DNA of 64,000 nucleotides, from the IMG/VR virus record IMGVR_UViG_3300042563_002443, one strand, 5' to 3'. The position numbers and the translations under genes were made by a program. Source of the DNA: a virus. Shown here one piece after another: positions 50,944 to 59,574 of this stretch (the stretch's first letter is position 1; every line of letters begins with the position of its first letter). The notes under the pieces are model-generated. The model had not been told where the DNA came from and searched no databases. It saw only the letters and a program-made list of their open reading frames with translations.

Positions 50944-52266
50944 ATGATAGTGGACTCAGAATCGGAATTGAATACATTATTCACATACATAAAAGGACGA
51001 AAAACTTTGCTAGTTCCAATATTAGCAGATCCACTTCTCCATGCCGCTGTGAATAAAGTAACATGTATATATGTATACACTGAAGATGCAATAGAACGCA
51101 TTGTGCCTATTCAACATACTGAACAGCTAAGGGGCTTTACTGAACATCTACAACAATTCATGGATCTGACTGATATCTTTGTATATGACAAAAAACAATG
51201 GCTTCAAATAGGAGGAAACAATGCTGTATGGGATGTTAAAACATTGTGGTGGTACACATATAATGAAGCATATGACGAAACTCATTATTATACACCAGCA
51301 CATCAATTTTATTGGAGACGGCACACCGCACTTCCAAATATAAATGCACTTATTCCAATAATGCAACATTTGGCAATGTGTCAAAAAATTAGAAAATATG
51401 CTTGGCCAATGTGTGTGAATTCAAAATTAACTCAATCATATTTGCAATTCAATTCAACATACCCGGAAACATTTGCAGCAATTGAGCGTAATGGATTACA
51501 AGTTAATGAAACATTTAAAATGCCTGAACTAGTTAAAGATAATCTGGTTTATTCGCAGTACAATTATTATACAATGACAGGTCGTCCTAGCAATGCATAT
51601 CGAGGATTTAACTTTGCTGCAATGAACAAAGAAGATGGCACAAGAACAGCCTTTTGTAGCAGGTTTGAAAATGGAGCATTAGTTGAAATGGATTTTGATT
51701 CATATCATGTTAGATTGATTGCTCGATTGATTGGGTATGATTTGCCGACATCATCAATACATGATTATTTAGGCCGATTTTATTTTGGTGTAACCGAACT
51801 AACTGAAGAACAACGTGCGGAAAGCAAACAAATAACATTTCGATTGCTGTATGGAGGCATTGACTCAGAATTTTTATCAATTCCATTTTTTGAAAAGGTA
51901 AATGCATTTGTATATGATCTTTGGGCTAAATGGAAAGCAAAAGGACGCATTGACACGCCCATATTGAAACGACCTATTACCAAGGATATGGTAAAAAATA
52001 TGACTGCAAACAAATTGTTTAATTACTATTTGCAAGCCGTTGAAACAGAAGTATCAGTTCAAAAAATACAACAAGTACAATCATTATTAAAGACCCATGA
52101 AACGGTTATAATTTTATATACGTATGACAGTATTTTATTTGATGTGCCAGTAACTGAAGCAAAAGCGTTATTGCCTCAAATCAAACACGTGTTAGAACAA
52201 GGCAACTTTCCCACGAAAGTGAAGTGTGGGAATATTTATAATAAATTAAACACAATATCTTTATGA
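50944..52266 (+). CDS. Divergent, short family A DNA polymerase
   Basis: TGRPSN, motif A DFDSYHVRL, motif B ESKQITFRLLYG, motif C YTYDSILFD. Confidence 0.8.
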   Translation: MIVDSESELNTLFTYIKGRKTLLVPILADPLLHAAVNKVTCIYVYTEDAIERIVPIQHTEQLRGFTEHLQQFMDLTDIFVYDKKQWLQIGGNNAVWDVKTLWWYTYNEAYDETHYYTPAHQFYWRRHTALPNINALIPIMQHLAMCQKIRKYAWPMCVNSKLTQSYLQFNSTYPETFAAIERNGLQVNETFKMPELVKDNLVYSQYNYYTMTGRPSNAYRGFNFAAMNKEDGTRTAFCSRFENGALVEMDFDSYHVRLIARLIGYDLPTSSIHDYLGRFYFGVTELTEEQRAESKQITFRLLYGGIDSEFLSIPFFEKVNAFVYDLWAKWKAKGRIDTPILKRPITKDMVKNMTANKLFNYYLQAVETEVSVQKIQQVQSLLKTHETVIILYTYDSILFDVPVTEAKALLPQIKHVLEQGNFPTKVKCGNIYNKLNTISL

Positions 52267-53474
52267 ACATTGATTCAATATTAACAGAATGGAGTTACAG
52301 ATTACCTAGCGGGTATCCAACTCGCGCACAAGATTATGAAGTATTATATGATGTTTTAATTGAAACTGCAAAAATAACACCTACCGAAGCCCGGCAAATT
52401 GTAGAACGAGCAAAAGGCACTGTTATTAATTCTATTAATGAAGCAATCAAAATAGATTCTATAGAAAATCAACTTTTACTAAAAGCAGTAAGTGATGTTA
52501 ATAAAGTTGAAGATTTAACAAAATTTTTAAGTTTGTTACCGTTAGAAGCCGAAATGGTAACTTTACAATTTTTAAATAATTTATCAAATGAACAATCGCA
52601 ACAATTTGCAAATTTATTATATTCTGAAACTGAGGTTAGTGAAGAATTATTAAATTCATTTAATTTTAAATCAGGAATATACGGCGAAATATTTCGATTA
52701 CATAAACCTGGCTTAGGAAAAGGTGAAATACTTTTAGCAACACTTGTTCGAGATTCATATATACAAGGCGGCACCGTCTCATATGATTTAAATGTTAATG
52801 GTAAAAAGTATGAAGTAAAAGATTACAGTAATCCAGATAAACCTAATGCATCAATTCGTTTAGGAACAAAAGGTACAGTAACAAGATTCCGATTTTGGGA
52901 TGAAATTACAACAACATTTCAACGATTATCACAATTGCGAGGTATAGATACACCTAAATTTGATTTAGATAAACTATTGCCAGAACCATTATTAAATGCA
53001 ATTTACTATTTAGAACGCCGAAGAGATGTTATTCTTGCCGGAAATTTAGGTATAAAAGATAAGCAATATTTAGAACAATTTTATCAAGAAGCAAATAAAT
53101 TACAATCTGAAATTAAAGGTTATACCAATGTAATTTTAAGAGGTCCAAATGCAATTCCAATTGAAATGTCAATTGAACCTATTAGTGATGCTAATGGCGA
53201 CTCTTTTGTAATTCGCCCTATACGAGATACAAGTCAAAATTTAACATATGTTAATACAGAATTACGACGATTAAAATATGTTAGAAATCCATTAGATTTA
53301 AATAAAGATATGCAAGAAGCAGTTACAACTATTATCAACGATGTAACGTTTATCATATTCCGTAGAGATCGTACAAACGTAACACAAGATGTCCGCTATG
53401 CAGCAACTGATGCCGGCAAGATACGTATTATAGAAAAAGATATAACTCCATCAACAGACGAATTTGAAGTATAA
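52263..53474 (+). CDS. Putative PD-(D/E)xK nuclease-like protein
   Basis: GKGEILL...SYDL....KYEVKD motif; late-type motif upstream; ILTE|W leader. Confidence 0.5.
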   Translation: MNIDSILTEWSYRLPSGYPTRAQDYEVLYDVLIETAKITPTEARQIVERAKGTVINSINEAIKIDSIENQLLLKAVSDVNKVEDLTKFLSLLPLEAEMVTLQFLNNLSNEQSQQFANLLYSETEVSEELLNSFNFKSGIYGEIFRLHKPGLGKGEILLATLVRDSYIQGGTVSYDLNVNGKKYEVKDYSNPDKPNASIRLGTKGTVTRFRFWDEITTTFQRLSQLRGIDTPKFDLDKLLPEPLLNAIYYLERRRDVILAGNLGIKDKQYLEQFYQEANKLQSEIKGYTNVILRGPNAIPIEMSIEPISDANGDSFVIRPIRDTSQNLTYVNTELRRLKYVRNPLDLNKDMQEAVTTIINDVTFIIFRRDRTNVTQDVRYAATDAGKIRIIEKDITPSTDEFEV

Positions 53475-53483
53475 GGACATGAA

Positions 53484-53867
53484 TTGAAAACACAATTACT
53501 TTGCACATTTGCACATAGATCAGACTTAAACATTGTATCAGATTACATACAACAAAGCTACGTCATACCAGAACAACGAATATTTGTGTTTGCAAATGCT
53601 GATGCTGGAGATAATTTGTATTGTACATATAATGCAGATGCAGGAACACGCAGAGGTCAAAATACAATAAGCATTCATCGTAAAAAAGAAACCAATACAC
53701 TGTATACTGTTAATGCACTCAATCAAATTATAAAGGCAGTTAATAACGGCGTAATAGACAAAACATTTCAACTCGATTGGAGCATTTATCAAAATTCATT
53801 TATACTTACAGACGAGGCAGGATATCGAGTGATTGATTTGATATTCTTCAAGAAAATAACGTGGTAA
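53484..53867 (+). CDS. Hypothetical protein
   Basis: TTG start with SD; QLLCTF...HRKKETNTLYTVNALN. Confidence 0.7.
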   Translation: MKTQLLCTFAHRSDLNIVSDYIQQSYVIPEQRIFVFANADAGDNLYCTYNADAGTRRGQNTISIHRKKETNTLYTVNALNQIIKAVNNGVIDKTFQLDWSIYQNSFILTDEAGYRVIDLIFFKKITW

Positions 53868-53891
53868 CAATATTTATATATAAAAAACATC

Positions 53892-54323
53892 ATGATAAAA
53901 CTAAAAGATTTATACACAAAAAATTTAACAGAGGCAGAAATGCCAGATACAGAAAAACTTGGTAGAAACAATCCTGATTGGATTAATTTGGTTTCTAAAT
54001 TAAAAACTCTTTCTTATTCACCAAGAATATTAACATTTATGGACTTTGATGGTATCCCATCTCAAAGTTTGAATTGGGGAACTACTAAATCTGCTCGAGG
54101 TAAATACGGGTTTGCACTTGCATCAACCTCTCCAAACTTACCTAAAGAACGTATGGATTTATTTAACACTGAAGATAAAGAAAATCAAATAGAGATGATC
54201 AATTGGTGGAAAAGCCGCGGATATCAAATAGATAATAGATCTGAAATTTCAATAAACTTTAAAGATGCAAACAACTTAAGAAATGATATTGAATCATTTT
54301 TTAAAATTTATCCGCCAGAATAG
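53892..54323 (+). CDS. Hypothetical protein with MIKLK leader
   Basis: MIKLKDLYTKNLTE|AE; late-type motif at 53870. Confidence 0.65.
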   Translation: MIKLKDLYTKNLTEAEMPDTEKLGRNNPDWINLVSKLKTLSYSPRILTFMDFDGIPSQSLNWGTTKSARGKYGFALASTSPNLPKERMDLFNTEDKENQIEMINWWKSRGYQIDNRSEISINFKDANNLRNDIESFFKIYPPE

Positions 54324-54330
54324 GAACATC

Positions 54331-54990
54331 ATGATAAAATTAAAAACATTATTAGATGAATCATTTGGTGGCATGCTAGCAGCTGCAATTAGAGCAAACA
54401 ACGCAATAACGCCACATAAAAACAAATTTAAAGTTGATCCTAAACAGGTAAAAGTTGGCGATGAATTAGAGTGGTATGGCAAGGATAAAGATCCTAGAGT
54501 AACTGGTACAATTTCAAAGATTGACTCTAAAGGCATAGAGATTACTAATCTTAAGGCAGTAGGTACTAAGAAGATGGATTATGGCCTTAAAGGAGTCACA
54601 ATCAACGCTAATACAAAGTATTTTTATTTTGGTTCCTACAACAAAATGTTAAATCATTGGAAACTTAAAGACTCACAAGATACAGATCAAAACAATAATG
54701 GTTATCCAGATTCAACGGAAGGATCCTCAAATAATGAATTTACAGCATTGTTATCATCGTTAGAGTCTGATTTAAAGGCATATAATGGTGAAGAAATAAC
54801 ATATGAAGACGATGACGAAACAATGGAAATAACTGTAAGCATTTATCCAAGTGAACTCAAAAAAGAAATTGTCCAAGCCATTAACGTTATACTAAAAAAA
54901 CATCCATTATTTGAGATAGACAAAGACACTATTGATCGATATCGAGATGAAGACGGCGTTACTTTAACATTTGATATCATTAAAAAATAA
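54331..54990 (+). CDS. Hypothetical protein with MIKLK leader
   Basis: Start 54331, MIKLKTLLDE|SF; SH3-like VKVGD segment; DTDQNNNGYPD. Confidence 0.65.
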   Translation: MIKLKTLLDESFGGMLAAAIRANNAITPHKNKFKVDPKQVKVGDELEWYGKDKDPRVTGTISKIDSKGIEITNLKAVGTKKMDYGLKGVTINANTKYFYFGSYNKMLNHWKLKDSQDTDQNNNGYPDSTEGSSNNEFTALLSSLESDLKAYNGEEITYEDDDETMEITVSIYPSELKKEIVQAINVILKKHPLFEIDKDTIDRYRDEDGVTLTFDIIKK

Positions 54991-55013
54991 ACAAAAAAAA
55001 CTTAACCAATTAC

Positions 55014-55042
55014 TTTGAATTAACCCATTTATTAATTATAAT
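55014..55042 (+). promoter_or_regulatory. TTKGA-N18-TATAWT promoter-like element
   Basis: TTTGA 55014 and TATAAT 55037-55042. Confidence 0.6.
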
Positions 55043-55090
55043 TAATAAGTAAACAGAATATATTATTAACAACTTAACAAAAGGCAAAAA

Positions 55091-55852
55091 ATGGCTTTAA
55101 ATTTAGACGCTATCAAAGCGAAGCTCAACCAGCTGAATAAGCAGGATGACAAAAAACAAAATTTGTGGAAACCTGAAACAGGCAAAACTCGTATTAGGAT
55201 CGTTCCTTATATACACCGCAAAGACAATCCGTTCTTAGAATTGTATTTTCATTATGACATTAGCAAAAGATCTATGCTATCTCCGATTTCATTCGGTAAT
55301 GCAGATCCAATTGTAGAGTTTGCAGAAAAACTAAAAAAGACGGGTGACAAAGACGAATGGTTAATGGGTCGCAAGATTGAACCAAAAATGCGTACATATG
55401 TTCCCGTAATTGTTCGTGGTAAAGAATCCGAAGGAGTTAAATTTTGGGGATTCGGCAAACAAATTTACACGGAATTATTAAGCATTGTTTCAGATCCAGA
55501 TTATGGTGACATTACAGACTTGATGAATGGACGTGATATTGATGTTGAATTTACTCCAGCAGAAGGTGCAAATTTTCCAAAAACAACAATTCGTGTTAAG
55601 CCTGCAACTAGTGCAGCAACGGAAGACAAAGAAATTGCAACAAAAATCATGACTCAACCAGAGATTACAGATTTATTTCCTGAACCAACTTATGAAGAAC
55701 TAGAAACAGCTCTTAAAGAATGGATGAATCCTGAAAATGCAGACGCAGATGTTGATTCTGAAGAAGCACCAGCAACTCCAACTAAAACCGCAAAACCAAT
55801 TGCTGGTAAAGTAGAGGATGTTGCATCAGCATTTAACGATCTATTTAATTAA
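55091..55852 (+). CDS. Single-stranded DNA-binding protein (gp32-like)
   Basis: WKP..GK..IRIVP, FWGFGK, DITD...GRD; acidic tail ending FNDLFN. Confidence 0.82.
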   Translation: MALNLDAIKAKLNQLNKQDDKKQNLWKPETGKTRIRIVPYIHRKDNPFLELYFHYDISKRSMLSPISFGNADPIVEFAEKLKKTGDKDEWLMGRKIEPKMRTYVPVIVRGKESEGVKFWGFGKQIYTELLSIVSDPDYGDITDLMNGRDIDVEFTPAEGANFPKTTIRVKPATSAATEDKEIATKIMTQPEITDLFPEPTYEELETALKEWMNPENADADVDSEEAPATPTKTAKPIAGKVEDVASAFNDLFN

Positions 55853-55862
55853 GGAGTAACAA

Positions 55863-57026
55863 ATGGCAAAGAGCAAAAGCAAGTCAGAACTGGAAGACAG
55901 TTTAGCAAATACCCTAGCAGAAAGCATTAACAAGCAATTTAAAGGGCAGGCATTAAAAACTGCATTCTTTTTAGATGGTGATGATGATTCACCCAGCAAT
56001 GTTAAAGAATGGATATCATCGGGATGCTCAATGCTCGATTTAGCAATTTCAAACCGTCCATATGGTGGATTTCCTGTTGGACGGATTACTGAAATTACCG
56101 GATTAGAAGCATCTGGTAAATCATTATTAGCAGCACACACTTTAGCAGAAACGCAAAAGAAAGGTGGATTGGCTGTATATATTGATACTGAGTCGGCTAC
56201 TAGTTCCGAATTTTTATCAGCAATTGGTGTTGATTTAAAAACCATGTTGTATGTTCCATTAGAAACAATTGAAGAAATATTTGAAACCATTGAAACAATT
56301 GTTGAAGGTGTACGCAAATCAGACAAAGACCGTTTAGTTACAATTGTAGTAGACTCAATTATGGGTGCATCCACAAAAATTGAAATGTCAGCTGAATATG
56401 ATAAAGATGGATATGCAACCAGCAAATCTATTATTTTATCAAAGGCAATGCGTAAAGTTACCAATTGGATTGCACGTGAACGAATTTGTTTGATATTTAC
56501 CAATCAATTACGTGTCAAAATGGGCGTATCATTTGGTGATGCTTGGACAACGTCGGGTGGTAAAGCAATTCCATTCCATGCATCGGTTCGTCTTCGTCTT
56601 AAAAATACGGGGCAAATCAAAGCAAAGGTAAATGGAGCTGAACAAATTGTAGGAAGCAAAACAAATGTGCAAGTAGTTAAAAACCGAATGGGGCCTCCAC
56701 ATCGTAAAATAGATTATGAAATTTATTATGATAGTGGAATTGATAATTGGGGCGGATGGCTAGGCGTAATGAAAACATTTGATATAGTTGCACAATCAGG
56801 TGCATGGTATACAATGCAAGATGTAGATCATGAAACTGGAGAAACCTTTGGAGACGTTAAATTCCAAAGCAAAGATTTCATTGAAAAGGTAATCAACAAC
56901 CCGGAAATGAAAGACAGGTTATATAAAAGAATTTGCGATGCTTACATATTCAAATATCAAGCAGGTGTCGATGGTGGAATTGATGATGTTATCATTGTCA
57001 ATGAAGTAATTGATGAAGAAGGATAA
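55863..57026 (+). CDS. recA: RecA/UvsX recombinase
   Basis: GRITEITGLEASGKS, YIDTE, VVDS, FTNQLR, TSGGKAIPFHASVRL, KNRMGPP. Confidence 0.93.
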   Translation: MAKSKSKSELEDSLANTLAESINKQFKGQALKTAFFLDGDDDSPSNVKEWISSGCSMLDLAISNRPYGGFPVGRITEITGLEASGKSLLAAHTLAETQKKGGLAVYIDTESATSSEFLSAIGVDLKTMLYVPLETIEEIFETIETIVEGVRKSDKDRLVTIVVDSIMGASTKIEMSAEYDKDGYATSKSIILSKAMRKVTNWIARERICLIFTNQLRVKMGVSFGDAWTTSGGKAIPFHASVRLRLKNTGQIKAKVNGAEQIVGSKTNVQVVKNRMGPPHRKIDYEIYYDSGIDNWGGWLGVMKTFDIVAQSGAWYTMQDVDHETGETFGDVKFQSKDFIEKVINNPEMKDRLYKRICDAYIFKYQAGVDGGIDDVIIVNEVIDEEG

Positions 57027-58090
57027 TGAACAAGTTTCAAAAATTATTTAACGAGTTACAACAAGAAAGAAGTTTAGGTCCATCAAACGTCAATGATCAT
57101 CTCATGGTGTTTGATGGCTTAAACACCTTTATAAGAAGTTTTGGTGCTACTCCGGCATATAACGAAGATGGTGATCACGTAGGTGGTATTTCCGGATTCT
57201 TGTATTCAGTCGGCAAAACAATCAGAGACTTTAAACCTACTCGATGCATCATTGTGTTTGATGGTCGAGGCGGCTCGGCAAAAAGAAAACGAATTTATAA
57301 AGATTATAAAGGGAACCGAGCAAACAAAACCAAGTTGCGCAGACACGATCATCATGAGTCAACATTGGAACAAGAACAAGAATCAATGCGACATCAATTT
57401 AGTCGATTGATTTCATATCTAGATAATTTGCCTGTTACATTCATTTCAATGGATGGAATTGAAGCAGATGATACAATTGCATATATTGCTCAAATGTATG
57501 AAGACACTTGCAAAAAAATGACAATTGTTTCTACGGATAGAGATTTTTATCAACTAGTAGATGATCGAATTCAAGTTTGGTCTCCAATTAAAAAGAAAAT
57601 GTATTCGGTTGATACTGTAATAGAAGAGTTTGGTGTTCATCCAAACAATATGGTTGTGTATCGATCATTTACAGGCGATGCGTCAGATAATATTCCTGGA
57701 GTTAATGGTATAGGACCAAAAACCATTTTAAAAGTAATTCCACAACTAGTAGAATCTACGGAATATACATTGGATAATTTATTTGCATTAAGCACTGAAT
57801 CAGTATCTGCAAAGTCACCTAATTACAAAACATTTACAAAAATATTAGAAAATTCACATACGCTAAAACAAAATTGTGAATTAATGAATATTAAATTGTT
57901 GGACATTCCTGCGCAGACCGCCACAAAAATACGTGGGATAATGGAACAACCAATACCTGAATTAAATAGGGCAGAATTCCAACGCATGTTTTATGAAGAT
58001 AAGCTGTGGGCAATAATGAAAAATGTTCCTGAATGGATAACTAATACCTGGTTATCGTTAAATGCATTTGCAAAACAAACGCACAAATAA
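57026..58090 (+). CDS. 5'-3' exonuclease / flap endonuclease (PolI N-terminal or RNase H-like)
   Basis: DGLN, VFDG, YKGNR, EADD, STDRD, GDASDNIPGVNGIGPKT. Confidence 0.92.
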   Translation: MNKFQKLFNELQQERSLGPSNVNDHLMVFDGLNTFIRSFGATPAYNEDGDHVGGISGFLYSVGKTIRDFKPTRCIIVFDGRGGSAKRKRIYKDYKGNRANKTKLRRHDHHESTLEQEQESMRHQFSRLISYLDNLPVTFISMDGIEADDTIAYIAQMYEDTCKKMTIVSTDRDFYQLVDDRIQVWSPIKKKMYSVDTVIEEFGVHPNNMVVYRSFTGDASDNIPGVNGIGPKTILKVIPQLVESTEYTLDNLFALSTESVSAKSPNYKTFTKILENSHTLKQNCELMNIKLLDIPAQTATKIRGIMEQPIPELNRAEFQRMFYEDKLWAIMKNVPEWITNTWLSLNAFAKQTHK

Positions 58091-58091
58091 A

Positions 58092-58120
58092 TTTGAATTT
58101 ACAGTAATTTTACTTATAAT
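58092..58120 (+). promoter_or_regulatory. TTKGA-N18-TATAWT promoter-like element (leaderless helicase mRNA)
   Basis: TTTGA 58092 and TATAAT 58115-58120; ATG 6 nt later. Confidence 0.6.
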
Positions 58121-58126
58121 TGTTAT

Positions 58127-59482
58127 ATGACAGATAAATTATCGGACTACGGTTGGGGCTTTCAAGTTAAAGTTCTTGCTGCTATGTTTACGGATAGACT
58201 ATTTTTACAGCAAATTTCAGATATTATACGTGCTGAATATTTTGAGTCTGATGCAAACAGTTGGTTATTAGATATCATATTAACACATTTCCGAGAATAT
58301 AAAACACCGCCTAGCAAAGATGTTTTAAAAGTAAAAATAACGGAAATTGAAAATGACATATTAAAGGCAACCGTATTAGAACAATTGAAAGATGTGTTCA
58401 GATATATGGAGTCAGATGACTTGACATTTGTAAAAGATGAAATTTTAAAATTTTGCAAGAATCAGGAAATTAAACAAGCTATAATGGATTCGGTTAGTTT
58501 GTTAAAACATGGAAATTTTGACGAAATAAAAAGCAAAATTGATAGTGCCATGAAAGCTGGCGCCGATACCAATATTGGATTAGAATATGTAACGGATGTT
58601 GCTGCACGATACAATGAAGCAGCACGACATACAATAACAACCGGTTGGGATGTAATTGATGATTTGATGGATGGTGGACTAGCCCCAGGAGAATTAGGAG
58701 TTGTAATGGCACCTGCGGGAATTGGTAAATCTTGGCTTCTTATCAATATTGGAGCAAATGCAGTAAAAGACGGAAAAACAGTTATACATTATACATTGGA
58801 ACTCAATGAAAATTATGTAGGCCAACGCTATGATTCAGTATTTACAGGAATTCCAGCACAAAATTTAAAAAATTATCGAGACGACATTGAAGCAAAAATG
58901 CTAACACTTAAAGGCGATTTAATTGTAAAATATTTTCCTACCAAATCAGTAGGAGTAATGGGCTTAAAGGCTCATATAGAAAAAACAATAATGCTCGGCA
59001 AAAAACCAGATCTGGTAATTGTGGATTATGGTGATTTGCTTAAAGTTAACATTAAAAAGGACAAGCACGAAGCCTTAGAGGACTTGTACGAAGAATTACG
59101 TGGTATGGCAGGGGAATATGAAATTCCAGTATGGACCGCATCACAAGCAGGAAGAAGCGCCTTAGAAGAGGATATTATTGAAGCAGACAAAATTGCATCA
59201 TCATATGGAAAAGTAATGGTTGCTGACTTTTTAATGTCGCTTTCTAGAAAGGTAGAAGACAAAATGTCAGGAACGGGTAGAGGTCACGTTATTAAAAATA
59301 GATTTGGACCAGATGGCATAACATTGCCATGCAAAATTAATACAAATAATGGACAATTTCAATTCTTTGAACCACAAACTCAACAAGGAAAACAAACCAC
59401 ACAAATCATGAAAACAGGAGAAAACATGGTCAAGAAAAATTTAGCACAAAAGTTCAAAGATTTAGGCGGAACTTTAGGATAA
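58127..59482 (+). CDS. dnaB: Replicative DnaB/gp41-like helicase
   Basis: APAGIGKS, YTLEL, IVDYGD, WTASQ, KNRFG. Confidence 0.92.
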   Translation: MTDKLSDYGWGFQVKVLAAMFTDRLFLQQISDIIRAEYFESDANSWLLDIILTHFREYKTPPSKDVLKVKITEIENDILKATVLEQLKDVFRYMESDDLTFVKDEILKFCKNQEIKQAIMDSVSLLKHGNFDEIKSKIDSAMKAGADTNIGLEYVTDVAARYNEAARHTITTGWDVIDDLMDGGLAPGELGVVMAPAGIGKSWLLINIGANAVKDGKTVIHYTLELNENYVGQRYDSVFTGIPAQNLKNYRDDIEAKMLTLKGDLIVKYFPTKSVGVMGLKAHIEKTIMLGKKPDLVIVDYGDLLKVNIKKDKHEALEDLYEELRGMAGEYEIPVWTASQAGRSALEEDIIEADKIASSYGKVMVADFLMSLSRKVEDKMSGTGRGHVIKNRFGPDGITLPCKINTNNGQFQFFEPQTQQGKQTTQIMKTGENMVKKNLAQKFKDLGGTLG

Positions 59483-59501
59483 AAACATATTTATATAAAA
59501 T

Positions 59502-59532
59502 GGGTTAGGAAAGTGATTTCCGCCCTTTTTTT
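59502..59532 (+). terminator. Terminator/attenuator-like hairpin between helicase and nrdJ
   Basis: GGG-TTA-GGAAA-GTGA-TTTCC-G-CCC followed by T7. Confidence 0.6.
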
Positions 59533-59574
59533 ATCTAAAATCATTTACATATACAAACAAGGAGATTACGAACA

